This document shows positions 38,865-49,934 of a DNA stretch of 64,000 bases, in pieces. The stretch lies in IMG/VR virus record IMGVR_UViG_3300021400_000025, positions 150,479 to 214,478 of that record; one strand, 5' to 3'. How positions within the stretch are numbered: the first letter of the stretch is position 1; each line of letters starts with the position of its first letter. The DNA comes from a virus (lineage: Duplodnaviria > Heunggongvirae > Uroviricota > Caudoviricetes). Position numbers and translations under genes: made by a program. The notes under the pieces are model-generated. The model did not search any database. It saw only the letters and a program-made list of their open reading frames with translations, and was not told where the DNA came from.

Positions 38865-41564
38865 TCAGTTGTCCAGATTGTGGATGGTTGTTTCACACAA
38901 CTATTCCAAGTCGTCATCTGATGCCAGCCAGTTATCGGTTTCATCGTCTGGATTCTTCAAGAATGGCTTGTTGGAAAGGAATTTCCCAGAACATACCATG
39001 TGGGGAACATAGAAAGCATTTAACACACAACTCCAAAAATTCGCGTTAGTGCCCATTGAGGCTTTACGTCCTATGTCTTGCAACGATTTTTTCAGTTTCT
39101 TCTGCTGATCTTTGAATCTTGCCATATTAGCAATAAGTTCATTCAGTTCAGGTGGATTTTCGTCATCCTCTTCCTAACCAATGGGCAATTCCAAGAAATA
39201 TCTATCTGTATGCAAGTTTTTTTTGAACACCTTACTGCTCACCAAATCTTTTATATAACCAACGAAACTGTCAGCGATATGGTACTTCTTCTATTCTGGA
39301 TAAAAATATAGATCAGTGCTATCGTCTATTTCATCCAAATCCAGTTCATATCTAAAATATTTCTCTCCGTTGTTGTTCAAATCGTCTTGGATCTGTTGCT
39401 TGGTGTCCAGCCATTGTTGCTCCAATTCTGGTCTGAGAATATCCATCATCAAATTGAAGTTTTTATTGAAGAATTCGCGCAACACAGCAAATACCTGACA
39501 TACCAGATTGTTGATTCTGTTGTTGAAACCAATAGTCAATGAAAGATAATCTCTCAATGATGAATTTGTGTATATGGTTCTAACCAACATGTCACTAAAG
39601 AATCCATCTCTTAAATTCCCAACAGATGTATGTTGAGCAGTCGCCCCACATATGCAACATATGTCAGACACCCCAGGTAGGATTTTCGATGTGTCTGATA
39701 TTAAACAGTTATGTAGAACAGGACGAGTGGGTTCACTTTGCATTCCTCCCGAATAGCAACTTGCAAACCAAAGCCCAAGACTGGATGTTGGATTCCATTT
39801 CATGTGAATGTCGTGCAACTTCCGAAAGAGATCGTTTTTTATACAACCATCCAACCCTCCCTCAAAAATGACATTTTCAAATGCCAAAGCTGAATATCCA
39901 TTGTACTTGTCATTGATTCGATCCAATGAATACTCCTTTCGGGCACCATGCAAAAACCAAAATTCGTTTTTGAATGGAGATATGGTCTTCAAGTATCTGG
40001 AAATCACTGACCAGCTTTTATGTGTTTCTTGCCTAGCATCGACATACCAGTGTTGACGAAAACTATCACCAAATGGGTTGCAATAATGTTTTTCTAATAT
40101 CCTTTTGAGAAAACTAATTGAAGTTTTGGAGAACGGTTCACCTTTTCCAGGAGGACATTCTTTGAACATGGTAAAATCGCACTCTGCCCATGGCTTGAAC
40201 ACAGGATATAGGGTTATATTGGTCTTCAATCCATTGATTGGAAAGCACTCATGCACTATTCTGACATAATCGGGGTTGGTTGCCCCCCCGTTCCACTTCG
40301 TCACAGCCCAATGATTTGCGAACCTGGCCCAAGGATATGTCCATCCAATTTGGTCTGGATGACTCTCTTCGTTGAATTCCACAAATTTGATGATGTTTGG
40401 TTCTTCATCAACTTTGCCATAGTAATTATTTGTGTATTTGATCCATCTATGTGCCACATCTATTTCGGGTTTTTTGTATTGGTTGACACTATAGAAAGCC
40501 TCATCAGATGCTGGATATACTTCATCTGATTGTTGAATCCACTTGTTGTTTGGATTGTTCATTCCCTGTTTCCAGGGAATCCACATATGATCAAATTCAC
40601 CATCTTGGTTGGTTGTGACAACCTTTGCCCTTTTTGGGGACTTATATTCACCAACATCAATTTCCTGCAGTTCCAGCCATGGTCTGTATAGTGCGAAGAA
40701 ACTGTCCACATACACCAACAATGTCTGGATTTTCGGCCCATCCCCATATGGATAAATACAAATATTCAATGAGGATACTGGTTGATTGGTGTTGTTATAG
40801 GAATCAATTGTTGTTTCATAGCTCTTTGTCTATTTCCAATTAACTGATATAGAATGAATGGAATTGTTTATTCCTCTTCCAGAATCCAAATTAGAACAAA
40901 CATACATGTTACTGGGCATGTTGTGTTCTTCTGGATCAGAACCATCTCCTGACAATCCATTGGGGTCTGAACCATCCAATGTGTATGTGTCGTCAAAACA
41001 CACCCAGTTGGTGTACGTATGTGGAGATTCGGTACGAACCATGAAGTATAACGCCTTTCCAAACATGAAATAATATGGCTATATTCCTTCACATCCAACG
41101 AGGTGAACATTCACATGGCTGCTTTCATGCTCACTGGATGTTGTTGTTATGGTTATGACTGTTTCTTCTTCAAGACCAAATGAGTATCTATTTGTGTAGC
41201 CATTGTTGGAATACTCCTCAAGATTAATGCATCCTGCAAGTTCTTGGTTTGGTGTTCCATCGTAGGGGTTCAATGTGCCTTGTGTCAATGTGGAATCTCT
41301 CCAACCACAACCGCTGATTGTTACATCTGGATAATAATACCATTCACTCCATTCACTCCAATTGCCACTTCTATCTGTAGTTCTGCTTCGATTTTTCTTA
41401 GATACAGTGATTGTTTCGATTTGAACACCTTTTCCAGGATGGAACCACAATCTTTCATGTGTCCACTGTTCCCACTCATTGCCCTCATCAGGAACAATCT
41501 ATCTTTCTATGGTTCCCAGGCTGGATCCATTGTAAACGGTTGTTTTAATAGTCCATCTACCCAT
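38865..41564 (-). CDS. 899-aa protein with putative clan-CD (C13/caspase-like) cysteine protease domain, six in-frame TAG
   Basis: One frame from ATG 41564 (RBS GAGGAGG) through TAGs 41499, 41079, 40830, 39291, 39174 and 38901 to TGA 38865; FWFLHGA and LWFASCYSGGM dyad motifs. Confidence 0.6.
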
Positions 41565-41565
41565 G

Positions 41566-44500
41566 TCAAATTTCCTCCTCTTCATCAGTCTCATTTGAAT
41601 CTCTGGTGATGACGACGAATCCCTCATTGCCTTGTTCTGACTCGGCAATCCAATCGTCTATTCCCACATCATCTTCTGTTGTGCCATGTGTATTGGCGAA
41701 CTCTCCTTCTGGGAGAGCAGGCAATGAATCGTAGTATTGTCTCACTTCTGCATAATCAGGGAAATGCGGCGTGGGATATTGCTGGTCTATCTATTGGAAT
41801 TCCTGCTTGAGTTCAGGATCCAAATCCTCCCAATCGTCATAGTTCCATGTTGTGTTGGTGGGATCCCATTCTGGTGGCGTGGGTTCTGTCTGTTCTCCTC
41901 CCCCTTCTTCTTCTGGTGGTTGCTTGTCCTCGGCGTATATGATGGATTCGTCCAGACCCCATGGGTAGTTCGCCATTTCCCTCACCTGCTGGATGGTTCT
42001 TCCCACGAACATGACCTGTGTCAGTCCCTTGCCTGTCGTGGAGTCTTTGTTGTTCAGAAATGCGTCTATCCCTATGTTCTGGACATGCAGTGGAATCTGG
42101 ATAGTTTTCAATTCCAAGCATGCCATGACAGCCTCTCTCCCAATTTCCACCACGCTTTCTGGGATTGTCAAGGTGGTCTTCCTTCCTTGTGGACAACGCA
42201 ACAATATGCTTCCATCCTTGGAGAGGAGCAGATTGTCCACAGATGAATAGTTGGGGTTGGATTCTGAGACCACCATGTTTTCCAAGTTCACGCATCCCAC
42301 GAACTGCCAGATTTGCCCATAGGGTTTCTAGTAGATTAAAGAACCCACATTGTCGCCAATAATCACTTCTTCTAGGTCAGGGGATTCGTTGAAGATTGCG
42401 TCGCCATCTTCTGCAATCGCCACATCGTCGCCAATCACTGCCTTCTTGATGTGCTTGACCCATCTAAGCGAATAGTCATAGAAACCATGGCGCGCCATCC
42501 ATGTCAATGACAATGGTTCATCGCCCAAATCGAATGTGTGGGTGGTTCCGTCTTCCATTGTGAATGTGACTTTGCCATCTTTGGGTTGTGGTTCTGGATC
42601 AGGTTCTGGATCATCTTCAATCCAATCTGCTGTGAATGTGAACGCCCATGTGTGGTTTGCTGGCTTGAATGGTGGCATCCAACCATTGAATGTCCAACCC
42701 TCAACTGGGTCAGGCGAGGGTGGTGTGTAGTCGTAGTCGATCTCCACCGAGTTTGTGGTCAGTGCATCCTTTGGTTGTTCACCATGCCCTGCCATGTCAT
42801 AATGTATTGGATACTCAACCAATTTCCAATGGGCATACCAAGTCTCATCCCCAATTATCACATGCCCAATCTCTATTTTTTCGCCATCCTCGTCTGGGGA
42901 GTTCCACCATCCATCTTGGACATATCCAGTCCTGGTTGCAGTTTCCGAAATAGAATCAACCATGTCACCCACATTGAAATGCAATGTGTTGCTTTCTACA
43001 ACCCCACCATTTCCATCCAATGCTATTGTTGCTGGTGTGGGTTCAGGCTCGGGTTCAGGATCAACCACCTTCCATTGGGCAGTGAATCTGACATCCCCAG
43101 TGGAGCCATGGGGGACATCCACAGGAAGCCAACCATTGAATTCAAATCCAACAATGCCATTTGGAGCTGGAGGCAAGTATCTCTGGCTTTCAACATTGTA
43201 ATGCGTCAAAGCTTCTGATGGAATCTCCCCGTGCCCGTTCATGTCATAAGAAATCGCATACTCGATTGGCGTCCAATGTGCGAAAATGCCGATGTCGCGT
43301 GAAATTTGAATGGGGGATTCCAGATGGGTTCCACCATTTTGCGCTGTGTACCATCCATCGAACACATAGCCTGTTCTGCTTGAATCAGGAAGATTGAACA
43401 TCGTTCCATCAAGAAGGGAGAGCGAAGTCTGCGCGAATCCCCAATCCAGATGGATGTTGAACATCTATGGCTCAGGTTCAGGCTCGGGTTCAGGTTCAGG
43501 CTTCTCATCTTCATCAAGCCAATGTGCATAATAGACATTTGCATCTTGGACAATGGTGGACTCGTCTATCGTCTCTCCATCAACCTCATGCGTCCACCAC
43601 CCATCGAACACATGCCCTGTCAGACTGGCTGTTGGCAATTCACCAATTTTCTCCCCCACTTGTCTTGTGGATGCGATTATGAGATGGACATTTGCGATTG
43701 ATGGATCTGGTTCTGGTTGAGGCTCAGGTTCAGGCTTGTTTTCAATCCAATGGACATAGTATGTGATGTTGCCTGTTATAGTGGTTGAGGCCGATACCTG
43801 GTTCCCGCCACTCGCTGCAGTCCACCAACCACCAAAATCATACCCATCTCGTTCCAGTGTGGGCAATGTGCCAAGCGTCGAGCCATATGTCCCTGTCATG
43901 GTTGTGTTTTCGCCACCCCCATTCGCATTGAATATCACCGAGTAGGTTTTTGGCTCCCAATGGGCATAATATATGATTGGCTCTTGGAATGTTTGGTCTA
44001 TGTCCAGTTGCGAACCACCTTCAATCTCCGTCCACCAGCCTTGAAAATTATATCCCTCCCTTGTTGGAGCAGGAGGAACTTCAGTCAACGTTTTTCCAAT
44101 TTCCACATCCTCTGTGAAATTCGCCTGCTCGCCACCATTCGTGAAGAAGGAGATCCGCACATATTCAATCTCTGGTTCCTCTGGCTGTTCAAGCACCTTA
44201 TAATAGACGGCATCGCTTTGTTGTTTGAGCAATCCTGCGCCCAACATGATTGATTTCGCATTGGGAATCTATGCTTCGCTCTTCACATAGAATGTGACTG
44301 GAGTCCACTTGCTGAGATTTGTGCAAGAACCAAGTGCATATGAACCAATGCTCTGCACGGTGCTTGGAATGAAGACTGTGTATAGTTTCGGGCATTGAAA
44401 GAAAGCCTTCTCTCCTATGGATTGAACTCCTTCTGCCATCTTGACTGTGACAAGGTATGGTGCCCGCTCAAACGCCGACTTCTCTATGCTTGTCACTGAA

Positions 44501-45174
44501 GAACCAATGTCCACACGGGTTATCTTGCGTTCATCCCTGAAAACATAGGGGATGCCAGATACACCAGATAAATGTGCCTTGAATCCTTCCAAAATCATGA
44601 ATTGGTTCGTCAAAGCACCCGTTATGTCGTATTCTTCGCTTTCACCATCTTGAAATGTGAACACTGTATGCGATGGGTCTGTGGCTTCCGCCACCTTTGG
44701 AACTATAACTTTCGCCACGTTTTCCTCCTGTATGCCCCAAGGATAGTTTGGTGAATTTTTCACCTCTTTGTTGGTCATCATCACGAACGTCACTTTGAAT
44801 TCTGGGTTGATTGACGCCAATGCATTTCCGTCAATCTGCGTGGTTGAACCATTGATTGTCACTTGCCTCACATTTGGACCGACAACTCCACCACCCAGCA
44901 TTGTCACGTTTGATCCAACTCTGATTTGCGCGATGTTGTTGAGCATTTGAACCAACCTGCGAGAAGGTTGTCTGGTGGTGGGTTGCTCTCCCTCACCAGC
45001 ATCTACCGCCAAACCATGCTCAACCAACCAATCCAAGTCAAGGTTTCCCACGATGTCGTATGTCAAGACAGTGCCATCATCCAATATGAATGTGGTGCAT
45101 CTGTCCTTGTCGCTCTGTTGAACAAGGATTCTATTGGCATGCAATTTTCTAAGGATTAAACTAGAATTACCCAT
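41566..45174 (-). CDS. 1202-aa adhesin-like protein: BspA LRRs plus InlB-B (Listeria-Bacteroides) repeats and PE linkers, four in-frame TAG
   Basis: Joins four track ORFs through TAGs 44269, 43465, 42328 and 41791; SSVTSIEKSAF, ESVVEIGREA, FNANGG...REGYNFQGWWT repeats; TGTAAATA upstream. Confidence 0.75.
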
Positions 45175-45248
45175 GATTAAACCAACTATCCAATGTTATT
45201 TACACAAATTCAATGGCAAGAAAGATGTGATGTCTTTGTTGCCTGCCA

Positions 45249-45485
45249 TCAGTTGGTGTATTCAAATCCATCCTTGAATTTCCTGTCAGGTGGATAATGC
45301 GCACCACTCCATGTTGAATCCCCCTCTTTGATGAGATTCCCAAGCCTTTGCCACCAATACTTGAATGGATGCTTGTGCTTGAACAACATTTCATCGGCTT
45401 TGCGTTCAAGCATGATGTGGTATTCCTTCTATCCGGCCTCTGTCGGTCTATGGCAGAGTTCAAGTGTCTTTGTTTCGTATACCAT
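45249..45485 (-). CDS. Small hypothetical protein, one in-frame TAG
   Basis: MVYETKTLELCHRPTEAG*KEYHIML...; after GGTAAATA (45531-45538) and a CA-rich leader. Confidence 0.55.
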
Positions 45486-45556
45486 GGTTGTGTTGTTGTT
45501 GTTGTGTGTGGATGTATGTGTGTTTGGATATATTTACCTTTTGGCGCGCGGAACAT

Positions 45557-45594
45557 AACATCGCATCCATCTCGGCATGTTTCTTGTATAATTG
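45557..45594 (+). promoter_or_regulatory. Promoter with 23-nt upstream box (copy 2)
   Basis: AACATCGCATCCATCTCGGCATG, then TATAAT at 45587-45592; same spacing as the 7768 copy. Confidence 0.6.
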
Positions 45595-45619
45595 TTGTTG
45601 TTGAAAAGGAAATTCCACA

Positions 45620-46114
45620 ATGGACAAGACAACAAGACGGGAATTCATATTTGGCGCAGTCGCCGTGGCGGCAATCGTCCCATTTGCTGGAGGCACTTCA
45701 GATGTGGCAGAGCAACCCATTACCGACGAAGTGTTTGAGGACATAAGGGTTGACAGGTACTATATCCTCAAGGGTGGGCAATATGGCGACACTGGTGGAA
45801 TTGGATGTCCAGGATTCGAGTTGGGGATTGGTACGGTCAAGGAAATGGCTTGGCAGAAGTACTGCAACATGCTTGACAGATGGATGGACAACATCGAGGA
45901 CAAAGGTTTCTACCTTGAAGTGGTGGGGTATTTCGGACCTGACGATGCCAAGCCATTTGGTAGAATCCGGTTGAACAGGGACTGGCTCATGAAGTTCTAC
46001 AATCTTCACAAGAACGAGACGAAAGAGGATTGGGAGAGGAAATATGGGGACTATTTGGAGTCTCTTCATTGGCCGAAGGCAAGTCTTTCCAAGCTTGGAA
46101 CATTGACAATTTGA
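45620..46114 (+). CDS. Hypothetical protein with twin-arginine-like signal
   Basis: MDKTTRREFIFGAVAVAAIVPFAGG. Confidence 0.6.
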   Translation: MDKTTRREFIFGAVAVAAIVPFAGGTSDVAEQPITDEVFEDIRVDRYYILKGGQYGDTGGIGCPGFELGIGTVKEMAWQKYCNMLDRWMDNIEDKGFYLEVVGYFGPDDAKPFGRIRLNRDWLMKFYNLHKNETKEDWERKYGDYLESLHWPKASLSKLGTLTI

Positions 46115-46127
46115 GGAAAAAACTATA

Positions 46128-47348
46128 ATGGAAGAAAAGAAAAAGTTTGTTGTTGGCGTGATTGGAACGCAGAACACTGGGAAATCCACCTTCATCGGCG
46201 ACATAATGGACAAGTTCAAGGGTTCTCTGAGCGAGTTCCACACTGTTGGATGCGACTACCGCGAGAAGATAAGGAAAGCTGGACTTCAGATTAACAGGAA
46301 CGGCAACCTTGAGGCGCAGAAGATAATCCTTGACACCTTGGTTGAGCAGCTTGACATAATCCAGAAGATGCCAGATGGAAACTACATGACGGACCGCTCC
46401 CCAATCGACGCATATGTCTACACCATGTATCTGTTCAGACACAATCCCGAACTTGGAATCACCCAGTCTGACCTTGATGAAATGTTCAACAAGGTGAAGA
46501 AGTCCATAGAGGGATATGACAGGATAATCTACATTGATCTTGACAACTGTGGGAATGTTGAGGTTGTTGATGACACCTTTCGCGACACGAACCTTGAATA
46601 TCGGGCCGAGATTGACAGGTTGTTCAAGGAGACTTTCCGCAGTCTGGGCAAGGCTCTTGATGGGAAACTGAATTCAGAAATCAAGGGTACGAGGGAAATG
46701 CGGGTCAACCAGTTCCTTGAGATGGAAGGTGGGCGTTTCTTCGTTGGATAGAGAAGGACGGTTGAGTTGAGAACCACAAGATATCCAGATCCACCCCAGA
46801 AGGTGGATGTGATTCACGAGGATGGCTACAGGGTCACTGACAAGTATGTGCTGTTCTACGGCAGTTTCCTCTCCAACTTTTCAAGATGCAAGTTCACGTG
46901 GGAGTATATGGGAGAAAGCCACGAGTTCTTCTGCACGGAGCAGGCGTTCATGTGGGCAAAGGCAAAGTTGTTCAATGACCCAATAATGAGCAAGGCAATT
47001 CTTGACGAGAAGGACGACCCAATGGAATGCAAGCACTGTGGAAGATGGGTTCAGGGATATGATGACAAGAAATGGGCGGAAGTCAGATACAACATCATGC
47101 GGGATGTCAACTTCGCCAAATTCAGTCAATGCAAGTGGCATAGGAACAAGCTTCTGAATCCAGAATTCGATGGCAAGACATTCGTTGAGGCTTCTCCCAG
47201 CGATGGGATATGGGGAATCAGAATGAGCATAGCCGAAAAGGGGGTTCTTGACGAAAGGAACTGGAATGGGCAGAACCTCTTGGGGAAGGCAATAACTGAG
47301 GTCAGAGAGAAACTTAAGGCTTTACAGGTTGTCCAAAATGTTGTATAA
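46128..47348 (+). CDS. P-loop (dNMP-kinase/AAA_28-like) domain plus NADAR domain, joined through TAG 46749
   Basis: GTQNTGKST, TDRSPID; after the TAG: FLSNF, CTEQAFMWAKAKLF, FVEASPSDGIWG, GQNLLGKAITEVR (NADAR/YbiA). Confidence 0.75.
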
Positions 47349-47371
47349 TGTAGTAGGAAAAGGAAACGCCG

Positions 47372-47755
47372 ATGAAAATCAGAATAGACTATGTTTCAAA
47401 CTCAAGTTCAAGCAGCTTCATGGTTGTGGGGCATGCGTTTGACAACGAGGAACTTGCGAAGATTGCCGAATACAACAAGCTGGTTTCTGAATACCAGGAC
47501 ACCCCAGAGGACTACAGCGAGTGGAGCAATGGCGAGATAGTTGAAGCCCTTGAGGAGAAGTTCAAGGACTTGGACTTCCAGTATGGACTGGAGAACTACT
47601 ATGATGAGGTCTGCATTGGAATGGGGTATGAGAAGATGAAGGATTCCGAGACAAGGAAGGACTTTGAGAAGAGGATTGCCGACAGGTTGAAGGAAATGAC
47701 TGGCAAGGACAACATTGAGATTGACTGCATGGTTGATGGTGGAACGGAGTGTTGA
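47372..47755 (+). CDS. SNSSSSSF-motif protein 2
   Basis: MKIRIDYVSNSSSSSFMVV; promoter at 47321-47349. Confidence 0.8.
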   Translation: MKIRIDYVSNSSSSSFMVVGHAFDNEELAKIAEYNKLVSEYQDTPEDYSEWSNGEIVEALEEKFKDLDFQYGLENYYDEVCIGMGYEKMKDSETRKDFEKRIADRLKEMTGKDNIEIDCMVDGGTEC

Positions 47756-47758
47756 GAA

Positions 47759-48325
47759 ATGAAACTCAGAAGCGATTATGTCAGCAACAGTTCTTCGTCT
47801 TCGTTCATCATAATAGCCGACAATGGCGAAGACCAGACCGACAACATCCAGCAAGATTTCTCGTCCTACACGAATGACTGGACTTGCTATGAAATCCCAT
47901 GTCAGAATGGCAAGCATCAGTTTGGATGGGAATGGGAGGACACATGCACCTTTGAAGGCAAGTTGAACTTCGTTGGAATCCAGTTGCTCTACCTGTTCCT
48001 TGAGAAGATTAGTGGAAGGGAGCCGGACCACAAGAGGGAGTTCACAGGCAAGGACTTCGATAGACTCTACGACATGGTGAAGAAGGTCTGCAAGGAACAG
48101 TTCGGGTTCAATGTCAAGTTGAACGAGGATGCAATCAAGATGCACATCTGGCATGACGACGAGCGTGGCTATTATGGCTACAGCATGTTGAACGACAACT
48201 ACTACATTGACCACCAATCTGCATCGTCAGAGGGCGAGTGCATGGAAATGTTCGAGTCGGAGGATGCCTTGTACAACTTCCTCAGATTCCAGGAATCCTA
48301 CATCCGTGGTGGAAACGACAATTGA
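47759..48325 (+). CDS. SNSSSSSF-motif protein 3
   Basis: MKLRSDYVSNSSSSSFIII. Confidence 0.8.
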   Translation: MKLRSDYVSNSSSSSFIIIADNGEDQTDNIQQDFSSYTNDWTCYEIPCQNGKHQFGWEWEDTCTFEGKLNFVGIQLLYLFLEKISGREPDHKREFTGKDFDRLYDMVKKVCKEQFGFNVKLNEDAIKMHIWHDDERGYYGYSMLNDNYYIDHQSASSEGECMEMFESEDALYNFLRFQESYIRGGNDN

Positions 48326-48341
48326 TTAAGGAGAGAATACG

Positions 48342-48668
48342 ATGACATTTGCCATACATTGCAGTTGGGCTAATTATTGCGCTTCCAAAGATGGAACGAT
48401 TGAAGCGAATTCCTACGATGAACTGTTTGATGAAATGCAGAAGTTCTTTGAACATGCATGTGGATTCACTGGCGTTGAGGCGTTTGAGATTTCCCGTCCA
48501 TATATTGAGGATTGGGAAGAGGACGATGGTGAAGAACCTGACATGTACGAATGGGATTGGGAAAACCTGAGAAGGAACCGGAACCTTTCGGATGTATGGG
48601 ACAAGGTGAAACGTGAAATCAAGGAAGAATGGGGAAAGGACTACTTCAACAAGGGAGAAAAGTCATGA
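48342..48668 (+). CDS. Acidic hypothetical protein, paralog A (no motif)
   Basis: Similar to the 48665 gene. Confidence 0.65.
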   Translation: MTFAIHCSWANYCASKDGTIEANSYDELFDEMQKFFEHACGFTGVEAFEISRPYIEDWEEDDGEEPDMYEWDWENLRRNRNLSDVWDKVKREIKEEWGKDYFNKGEKS

Positions 48669-48964
48669 GATTCAGAGTGTATTCCTATTGGGCCGATGGT
48701 TGTGCGAATGCGCGAGATGACATCAAGGCATCTACAACTGACGAGCTTCTCAAGAAGATTGAGGAGAGTTTCAGAAAGGCTTGTGGTGCCATTGGTGGGG
48801 TTGAGAGTTTCTCCGTTGTGTGTTCCGACAAGGACGAAATGGACGATGACTACGAATACGATTGGAACAACAGAAATCTGAGGCGAAGCGAGGACTTGGC
48901 CGATGTTTGGCAAGACGAAGTGAGTTTGGAAATCAAGAACTTTTTCAAGGAGACATTCAAATGA
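48665..48964 (+). CDS. Acidic hypothetical protein, paralog B (no motif)
   Basis: ATGA-coupled at both ends; similar to the 48342 gene. Confidence 0.65.
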   Translation: MRFRVYSYWADGCANARDDIKASTTDELLKKIEESFRKACGAIGGVESFSVVCSDKDEMDDDYEYDWNNRNLRRSEDLADVWQDEVSLEIKNFFKETFK

Positions 48965-49440
48965 AAATCAGAAGTGACTATGTAAGCAACAGCTCAAGCA
49001 GCTCGTTCATCATTGACTTTGGGGATGACAAGGGAGCCTGCATTGACAATGGATTCATGAAGCTGCTCAAGCACGTCAATGGAATCATCCTCAGATGCGT
49101 GTTGGAATCCAAGGACGAATTGAAGGAGTTTGAGGAGAAGGCCTTTTCGGCATTTGGTCCGAAGGTGGATGTGTGGAAGTACGACGACGAACTTGACTTT
49201 GAGATTTCAGTTGACTCCGAGTACATTTCAGAAGATGACAAGCAGATTGACTACATACGAAATGTTCTTCAGAAGAAGAATGGTTCAATCTACTGCCAGT
49301 GTGGAGACGATTTTGGCGAGGACTTGACCAATGCTGTTCAGGTTGCAACCATCATGGAAACCAGGTACAAGCAAATTGAAATCAGTGGGGACGACCACTT
49401 TGATTACCACAGCATCCGTGGTTCGGACCTTGACATTTGA
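48961..49440 (+). CDS. SNSSSSSF-motif protein 4
   Basis: MKIRSDYVSNSSSSSFIID. Confidence 0.8.
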   Translation: MKIRSDYVSNSSSSSFIIDFGDDKGACIDNGFMKLLKHVNGIILRCVLESKDELKEFEEKAFSAFGPKVDVWKYDDELDFEISVDSEYISEDDKQIDYIRNVLQKKNGSIYCQCGDDFGEDLTNAVQVATIMETRYKQIEISGDDHFDYHSIRGSDLDI

Positions 49441-49454
49441 AGGAGAGCAGACAC

Positions 49455-49916
49455 ATGAAAATCCGAACAGACTACGTCAGCAATTCGAGTTCATCCAGTT
49501 TCGTGATAGTTGGGAAGGTGTTTTCCGATGCTGACAAGCTGATGGACACATTGGTGAAGGACAAGGCCAAGTTGTTGGAGGACTTGAACAAGGAATACGA
49601 AAGCGAATGCGAGTCCCTTGACGATTTCATTGAGCAGGAATCTCTCTCTGAGGTTCTGTATACTGTACTTGACAAACTTGGTCTTGACTTCCAGATTGCA
49701 GGAAGAGATTGGGACGAGGTTGAGGAAGTTCTTGTTGGCTATGACATGAAGTCTGGAGACAACAAGATGAAGGACACAGAGACCTTGAAGGAGTACAAGA
49801 CCCGAGTTGTTGACGCGCTCAACGATAAGGGATTGGATGCAAAGTACGATGAAGTTGCCATCGTCACTGGTGGTTCGGATGCTGGTGGCACGACTTTCTT
49901 CAACGAATGTGGTTGA
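49455..49916 (+). CDS. SNSSSSSF-motif protein 5
   Basis: MKIRTDYVSNSSSSSFVIV; body similar to protein 2 (KMKDxETxKxxxxR). Confidence 0.8.
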   Translation: MKIRTDYVSNSSSSSFVIVGKVFSDADKLMDTLVKDKAKLLEDLNKEYESECESLDDFIEQESLSEVLYTVLDKLGLDFQIAGRDWDEVEEVLVGYDMKSGDNKMKDTETLKEYKTRVVDALNDKGLDAKYDEVAIVTGGSDAGGTTFFNECG

Positions 49917-49934
49917 TTGGCATGGGGAAATCAA

